Assembly (NCBI GenBank): GCA_964016885.1
Contig: OZ024744.1
Coordinates: 25,358,001 to 25,422,000 of the forward strand
Reading direction: 5' to 3'
Source of the DNA: Eledone cirrhosa
Taxonomy: Eukaryota
Length of the DNA stretch: 64,000 nt
Shown here: in pieces, positions 55,693-64,000 of the stretch
Numbering within the stretch: the first letter of the stretch is position 1
Layout of the letters: each line of letters starts with the position of its first letter
The notes under the pieces: model-generated
The model's database searches: none
What the model was told of the DNA's origin: nothing
Seen by the model: only the letters and a program-made list of their open reading frames with translations
Position numbers and translations under genes: made by a program

Positions 55693-57280
55693 GTACAGTA
55701 CACACACACATATATATATATATAGTACTGTACACACACACATATATATATATATAGTACTGTACACACACACACATATATATATATATATAGTACAGTA
55801 CACACACACATATATATATAGTACAGTACACACACACATATACATATAGTACACACACACATATATATATAGTAGAGTACACACACACATATATATATAT
55901 AGTACAGTACACACATTCACACACATATATATAGTACAGTACACACACATACATATATATACATACACACATACATACATAACACCCCCCTAAACTCACA
56001 TGCAGTACACACACACATACACACATACATTACACACACCCACACACATACATACAGTCAATTAACACACACATACAGTACATACACACACACACACATA
56101 CAGTACACACACACACATACATACATACGTAACATACACACACACATACATACAGTACATACACACACACATACATACAGTACACACACATACATAGAGT
56201 ACATACCCATACACATACATACAGTACACACACACACACATGCAGTACACACACACACACATGCAGTACACACACACATACACACATGCATAGAGTACAT
56301 AAACACACACACACACACATACAGTACATACACACACACACATACATACAGTACACACACACAAACACACATACATACAGTACATACACACACACATACA
56401 GTACATACGCACACACCCACAAACATACATACAGTACGCACACACATACACACATACATGCAGTACATAAACACACACACAAACGGTACCCACACACACA
56501 CCTACATACATACAGTACACATACACATACACACATACATACATTACATACACACACACATACAATACATACACACACACACATACATACATACAGTACA
56601 TAAACACACACACACACATACAGTACATACCCACACATACACCTACATACATAAAGTACACACACACATATACACATACATACAGTACATACGCACACAC
56701 ATTCATACAATACACACACACAAATACACACATACATACAGTACATACACACACACATACAGTACATACGCACACACCCACATACATACATACAGTACAC
56801 ACACACACATACATACAATACACACACACATACACACATACATGCAGTACATAAACACACACACAAACAGTACATACACACACACCTACATACATACAGT
56901 ACACACACACATACACACATACATACAGTACATACACACACACATACATACAGTACACACACACATACATACATACAGTACATAAACACACACACACACA
57001 TACAGTACATACACACACACACCTACATACATACAGTACACACACACATACACACATACATACAGTACATACGCACACACACACATTCATACAATACACA
57101 CACACACATACATTACAGTACACACACATACATACATACAGTACATAAACACACACGCACACACACATACAGTACATACACACACACACACACATTCATA
57201 CAATACACACACACAAATACACACATACATACAGTACATACACACACACAGTACATACACCCACACATACATACACATAC
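54860..57280. repeat. (TG)n and (CA/TA)n-derived degenerate repeats with recurring CAGTAC/TAGTAC
   Basis: Direct inspection. Confidence 0.9.
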
Positions 57281-57357
57281 ACTCTCATTATCTTTTGAAA
57301 CACACTCAGATACTTTAGACGTACATAAAATAACCCTTATAGTAAGTATATACTATA

Positions 57358-58115
57358 TAGAGAGGGGGAGAAGGAGAGAGATAGAGAGAGAAGAGGAGAG
57401 AGAGTGGAAGATGGGGGAGAGAAAGATAGGGTGAGAGATGGGGAGAAATATGGGGGAGAGAGAGAGCGAGAAAGATGGGGATAGAGTGGGGGAGATAAGG
57501 GGAGAGATAGGGAGAGATGGGGGAGAGAGGGGGAAAGAGAGGAGGGAGAGAGAGGGAGAGATGGGGAGAGAGGGGGAAAGAGAGGAGGGAGAGAGAGGGA
57601 GAGATAAAAAGAGAGGAGGAGAGAGGGTGGAGATAGGGCAGAGAGAGAAGGAGAGAGATGGGAGAGATAGGGAGAGATGGGGGAGAGAGAGAGGGAGGAG
57701 ATGGGGAGAGATAGGTGAGAGAGGAGGAAGAGAGGGAGAGAGATGGGGAGAGATATGGGGAGAGATGGGGGAGAGAGGGGAGAGAGATGGGAGATAGAGG
57801 GAGATATAGAGAGGGGTGGGGTGTTGGAGAGAGAGGGAGAGAGTGGGAGAGAGATATAGAGAGAAGAGGAGAGATAGGGGAGAGAAGTGTGAGAGAGGGG
57901 TAGGGGAGCAGATAGAGTGGGGAGAGATGGGGAGGGAGAGAGGGGGAGAGATAGAGAGGATGAGATAGAGAGATAGAGATAGAGAGGGATAGAGCCGGGG
58001 TAGGATGAGAAAGAGAGAGAAGGGTGGAATGAAAGAGAGAAATGTGTTAGAATGTGAGTGAGGGAGAAAGAGAGGGAGAGAGAGAGGAGAGAGAGTAGGA
58101 GGGAGAGAGATATAG
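57358..58115. repeat. Polypurine (GA/GGAGA-rich) low-complexity tract
   Basis: Almost exclusively G/A on the + strand. Confidence 0.9.
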
Positions 58116-59058
58116 AGATGAACGCTATAGAACGAGGTGTTGGTTAAGAAGAAGAAGAAGAAGAAGAAGGGGCGAAGGTGTGTATTTACATGAAGATGAA
58201 GCGATGAAGATGAGGATAAAAAGGTTGATTGGTGAAGAAGAGAAGCAAATGAAATAAAAAACAAAAGAAAAATGAAAAAAAGCAAATGAGAAAATGAAAG
58301 CCAATTATTTGTATGAAAGCCAGTAGAGTATGGCCATAAGCGGTGCTCGAACATCGTTCGACGTGGTTCGACAGTCTTTCAGGGAGGTGACAATTCTCAC
58401 TCTGGGAGAATGAAGGAACAAAAAAAAAAAAAAAAAGAAACAACAACATAAAGATAAACAGAATAATACAAAAGTTAACAAAAATTAGAAAAAGAAACAA
58501 GAAAATTATAAAGTAAACTAATAAAGATACAAAAAAAGACATACCTAAAAAGGAACAAAAAAATATATAAGAAAAAATAAGAAAATTAACATGAAATAAT
58601 AAACATAAAAACGTTTAAAAATGAGGCAAAAAAGGTAAAAAGAAAAAGAAATGAAGGAAGGTGGTGGGAAACAACAACAAAATGAAGCAAAAGACTCGGG
58701 AGAGAAGCAAGATTAATCGCAAAGCATCGTGTTACGGACACGCTGAAACAAACAGACACACAATCAACAGAAATGGCGTCCAGTGTTGCATACACATTAT
58801 CTACATAAAAGAGATCCAATACAGATTAATTAGCTGACAGATACATAGAATATCTTTCTCTACCTCTCATTCTATATATATATCTCTCTCTCTATCTATC
58901 TCTCTTTACCTCACTCTCTCTCTCTCTATCAATCTGTCTATAATATCTGTCTATAATATGTGGGTGCGGACACACACACACACACACATATATATATGTA
59001 ATGAGTCAGATAAATACAATCGCACACACAACTATATCTATCTACCCCCTCTTTCTCT

Positions 59059-59103
<45 letters not shown>

Positions 59104-59232
59104 GAGAGAGACGGGGGATATGTGTATACTATTAATGAGTATGTTGGTGTGCATGCGTTTAACTGGAGAGTATTTTAGTTATACACGCAAACGCCCAACA
59201 CTCCCACACATTTATGAATGTGTTTGTATAAT

Positions 59233-59269
<37 letters not shown>

Positions 59270-59290
59270 ATAATTATGTGGGTATATATG

Positions 59291-59322
<32 letters not shown>

Positions 59323-59340
59323 CTTATATATATATATATA

Positions 59341-59381
<41 letters not shown>

Positions 59382-59390
59382 TTATATATA

Positions 59391-59465
<75 letters not shown>

Positions 59466-59474
59466 TTATATATA

Positions 59475-59545
<71 letters not shown>

Positions 59546-59617
59546 GCATACTTAAATAAGTGCTAACACACGAAACCTACAAATCACGTACAACCACAGA
59601 TACACGTGCACTCACCC

Positions 59618-59653
<36 letters not shown>

Positions 59654-59811
59654 GTGTTTGCACACAGATATGAATACACAAGTAGATACACAAATACACA
59701 CAGACAGCAGGCCGCACACAGAGATAGAGCATGGATGCTGCCGGTGCTGTCTCATCATTGACTTACACAAAACAAATTAATTGACAATCATGAAATATCA
59801 ACCTATACTGT

Positions 59812-59868
<57 letters not shown>

Positions 59869-60338
59869 CTACCCACCCACACACATACACACACCCATAT
59901 GCTCCTACACAACCAACCATATACATACATATAAACATATATTATATATATAATTAAAGGGCATACATGCAGACGTACAGAGACTGACAGACAAACACTC
60001 CTAGACACACACCTACACATATATGAATCAACATAGCCACTACTACGCACTGTGAGACACAGACAAACACACATTAACACACGCTGCAATCATACACGCT
60101 CAAACATTATCTGTGACTGGCCGTAACCCTGCCAGGCCCAAACCAACCTTCCCACACGCACCAATCCCTGCCCCCTTATAAACATCCTTTTTAACGTCTG
60201 TCAGTAAACATCGATCGCAAAGAAATAATGGCATCCGTTTGCCTGGTTTTATATATATATATATGTGCGTGTGTGTGTGTATATGTGTGTGTGTGTGTCT
60301 GTATATATATATATATGTATTTATATATACATTTATAC

Positions 60339-60418
<80 letters not shown>

Positions 60419-60615
60419 CATATATGTATGTGTATATAATTATATATATATATATTTATGTATGTATCACATATGTATTTTTATATTATTCTCCTCATCA
60501 TTCTACCCATCTCCCCTTCGTAATGTCTCACTTATATCAGCTAATTGACGCCCGACGGGACGTGGCGTGGTAGTGAATCAGGGAGGACAACAGAATGACG
60601 CTCATATATATATAT

Positions 60616-60713
<98 letters not shown>

Positions 60714-60714
60714 T

Positions 60715-60779
<65 letters not shown>

Positions 60780-60782
60780 GAT

Positions 60783-60820
<38 letters not shown>

Positions 60821-60830
60821 AGATACACAC

Positions 60831-60862
<32 letters not shown>

Positions 60863-61039
60863 GAGTTCAGTTTGTTTATTAATTTATCTATTTATTTCTG
60901 TTCCGCCATCTTTATTTATTCTTTGTTTTATTTTTTATCTGTATTTCTATCTCAGTTATCTCCTAGATTACACTATCTCTCCCACTATCTACACCCATGC
61001 CCATATACATACATACACACACAAATATATATATATAAA

Positions 61040-61141
<102 letters not shown>

Positions 61142-61169
61142 CATTTATATATATATATATATATATAAA

Positions 61170-61273
<104 letters not shown>

Positions 61274-61331
61274 CATTTATATATATATATAAATATATAT
61301 ATATATAAATATATATTGTAGTACAATATAA

Positions 61332-61362
<31 letters not shown>

Positions 61363-61590
61363 CACACACAGACAGACATATATATATATAGAGAGAGAGA
61401 GTGGGGTGTAGGGAGGCTCCGATCTTTTATTAATATATATATATATATATGTACATATGTGTATATATATATATATAGAGAGAGAGAGAGGAGAGAGGGG
61501 GGGAGAGAGAGAGGGCGGGGAGAGAAAGTGTTGACAGGCTCCGATCTTTTATTAATATATATACATGCGTGTGTATATATATATATATAT

Positions 61591-61693
<103 letters not shown>

Positions 61694-62006
61694 AGCGAGG
61701 GGGGGGGCTAGAAAGTGTAGGGAGGCTCCGATCTTTTATTAATATATATATATACGTATGTGTGTATGTGTGTGTATCCATGTCAACCCGCCTTTATTCC
61801 CACTAATCTCTCCCATCGCCCCCTCCCCGCCGCCGCCCTCACTTCACACAGCCTCCACCTCACCACCCCCGTCCGTCGTATGTCACTCATATTTGCAAAT
61901 TGACTCTGGAAGAGAAGCAGTTTCATAGAATGCCTCATCTTCTCTATCTCGTGTACAAGTCGCCAGGCGATGCTTTAAGGGAAGAGCTGGTGGCTACTGT
62001 GTGTGT

Positions 62007-62039
62007 GTTGCTAGGTAACATGAGGCGTGCCATGGCAAT
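62007..62039. promoter_or_regulatory. Candidate paired RFX X-box motifs
   Basis: GTTGCTAGGTAAC (62007-62019) and GTGCCATGGCAAT (62027-62039) in a unique GC-richer island. Confidence 0.35.
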
Positions 62040-62456
62040 CGCCTATATGTTTGCGTTAATATCAACGTTCATATAGATGCGTATGTCTATATAGATGTAT
62101 ATGTGTATGTCAATGTATATGTGTAAGTTCGTGTGAATTTATGTGTATATGTATGTGTATATACGTGTGTGCGTAAGCATTTGAACGTGTGTATTTATGT
62201 ACATATCTGTGTCCACTTACGATGTTTGTATCTATCTATCTATCTATCTGTGTGTATGTATGTGTTTATATATGTGTGTATATATGTATCTATGTATGTA
62301 TGTGTGTGTGTATCTATGTATGAATGTATGTATGTGTGTATGTTTGTATATACGTATGTATGTTTATATGTATGTGCATGTGTCTGTACGTGTGCGTGTG
62401 TAAAATGGTATGGGATAAAAATGTAAGTGTAAATACATATATATTATATATCTTTA

Positions 62457-62518
<62 letters not shown>

Positions 62519-62713
62519 TGTTTGTGTGTATGTGCAAACGTACATATGTTATGTGTGTAAATTTGTGGATGTTTGTAAATGCGCATGTATATGGATGGCC
62601 ATTGATTTTCCGACTTTCATTCGCAAGTTTATTTGTGGATATGTCAATGATTGCATGTTTGTGTGCATGCGTGTGCATGTGTGTGTGTGTATGTGTGTGT
62701 GTGTGTGCATGAC

Positions 62714-62838
62714 TACGAAGGGGCTTCAAAAAGTTGGGGGGAAAAGGACAGTTGAAAAAAACGGTTTAGGTTATGATGTTTATTAGTTTAAATATGCTCC
62801 ATCTAGCTCAATACACTTCTGCAAGTGTTGATACCAGC
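62714..62838 (-). mobile_element. Mariner-like 3' end fragment
   Basis: Minus-strand WYQHLQKCIELDGAYLN; end TACGAAGGGGCTTCAAAAAGT resembles a mariner TIR. Confidence 0.6.
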
Positions 62839-62955
62839 CTCTCATCCTTACCTGGGTCTATAAAATAAAGTACCAGTCATACACTGGTTCGATTTAATCG
62901 ATCGTCTTACCTCTCAAAATTTCTGGCTTTGTTCCTGAATCAGAAACTAATTATT
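62836..62955 (+). mobile_element. Meta-like SINE 3' fragment
   Basis: GCCTCTCATCCTT..GGGTCTATAAAATAAAGTACCAGTC. Confidence 0.7.
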
Positions 62956-63234
62956 ATTCCAAGTTAGGACTCAATGTATCCTTGTAATCCAGCAAACGAT
63001 TTCCATTCTCCATTGGTCGCATTCTTACCCTCGTCTCCCAGTGGCCTCAGGCGTTGTTGGTCAATCTCTTTGTAGGCTCTCCTCTAGATCTTGGGTGTGT
63101 TAACTCTGACCGGGAGCAGGCGTTAGTGTTTGGTCTCTAATAACTCATGACTACATGGCCAAATTATTTGAGTTGAAATTACAGCATCTTTCATTATCTA
63201 AGTGAGTCGTGTTCTGATGCATATATGTTCATTG

Positions 63235-64000
63235 GTCATCATGTGTTCATGCATTATGTCAAGGATCGCTCTTAGTCATCATGTGTTCATGCATTATGTC
63301 AAGGATCGCTCTTAGTCATCATGTGTTCATGCATTATGTCAAGGATCGCTCTTAGTCATCATGTGTTCATGCATTATGTCAAGGATCGCTCTTACTCATC
63401 ATGTGTTCATGCATTATGTCAAGGATCGCTCTTAGTCATCATGTGTTCATGCATTATGTCAAGGATCGCTCTTAGTCATCATGTGTTCATGCATTATGTC
63501 AAGGATCGCTCTTAGTCATCATGTGTTCATGCATTATGTCAAGGATCGCTCTTGGTCATCCTGTGTTCGTGAATTATGTCAAGGATCGCTCTTAGTCATC
63601 ATGTGTTCATGCATTATGACAAGGATCGCTCTTAGTCATCCTGTGTTCGTGCATTATGTCAAGGATCGCTTTTAGTCATCCTGTGTTCGTGCATTATGTC
63701 AAGGATTGCTCTTAGTCATCATGTGTTCATGCATTACGTCAAGGATTGCTCTTAGTCATCACGTATTCATGCATTATGTCAAGGATCGCTGTTAGTCATC
63801 ATGTGTTCATGCATTATGTAAAAGATCACTCTTTGTCATCATGTGTTCATGCATTATGTAAAAGATCACTCTTTGTCATCATGTATTCATGCATTAAGTC
63901 AAACATTGCTCTTAGTCATCATCTGTTCGTCCATTGTGTCAATGATCGCTCTTAGTCATCATGTGTTCGCGCCTTACGTCAAGGATTGCTCTTAGTCATC
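63235..64000. repeat. 40-bp minisatellite (GTCATCATGTGTTCATGCATTATGTCAAGGATCGCTCTTA), about 19 units, running off the window
   Basis: Direct inspection. Confidence 0.97.

Noticed and set aside
57353-58354. 333-aa Ser/Pro/Leu ORF
   Set aside because: Low-complexity polypurine tract

Overview
Eukaryotic, AT-rich, repeat-saturated animal DNA, probably intronic or intergenic. The SINE families and microsatellite load suggest an octopus/cephalopod genome (inference). I found no host protein-coding exon, tRNA/rRNA gene or CRISPR array. The window is a mosaic of retroelements in long microsatellites. It holds an inverted pair of Penelope-like elements (RT + C-terminal GIY-YIG) with a minimal hammerhead ribozyme in the pseudo-LTR; a near-intact RTE LINE; a CR1-group LINE with an unbroken ORF2; five Tx1/L1-clade pieces, all in or next to (TCTA)n; several R4/Dong-like RLE LINEs in (CATA)n; a CRE-like fragment; tRNA-SINEs; mariner remnants; and five minisatellites. 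The most unusual item is a ~610-bp non-coding retroposon with no evident Pol III promoter (5 close copies, 1 diverged relative). It has a fixed 3' end, variable 5' truncation, a 13-bp TSD in one copy, consistent (TGTA)n targeting and a candidate HDV-topology pseudoknot at its 5' end. Each retroelement family occupies its own microsatellite type and strand. Most long ORFs in the track are repeat artefacts. All folds, alignments and family calls were made by eye; boundaries of degraded elements are approximate.
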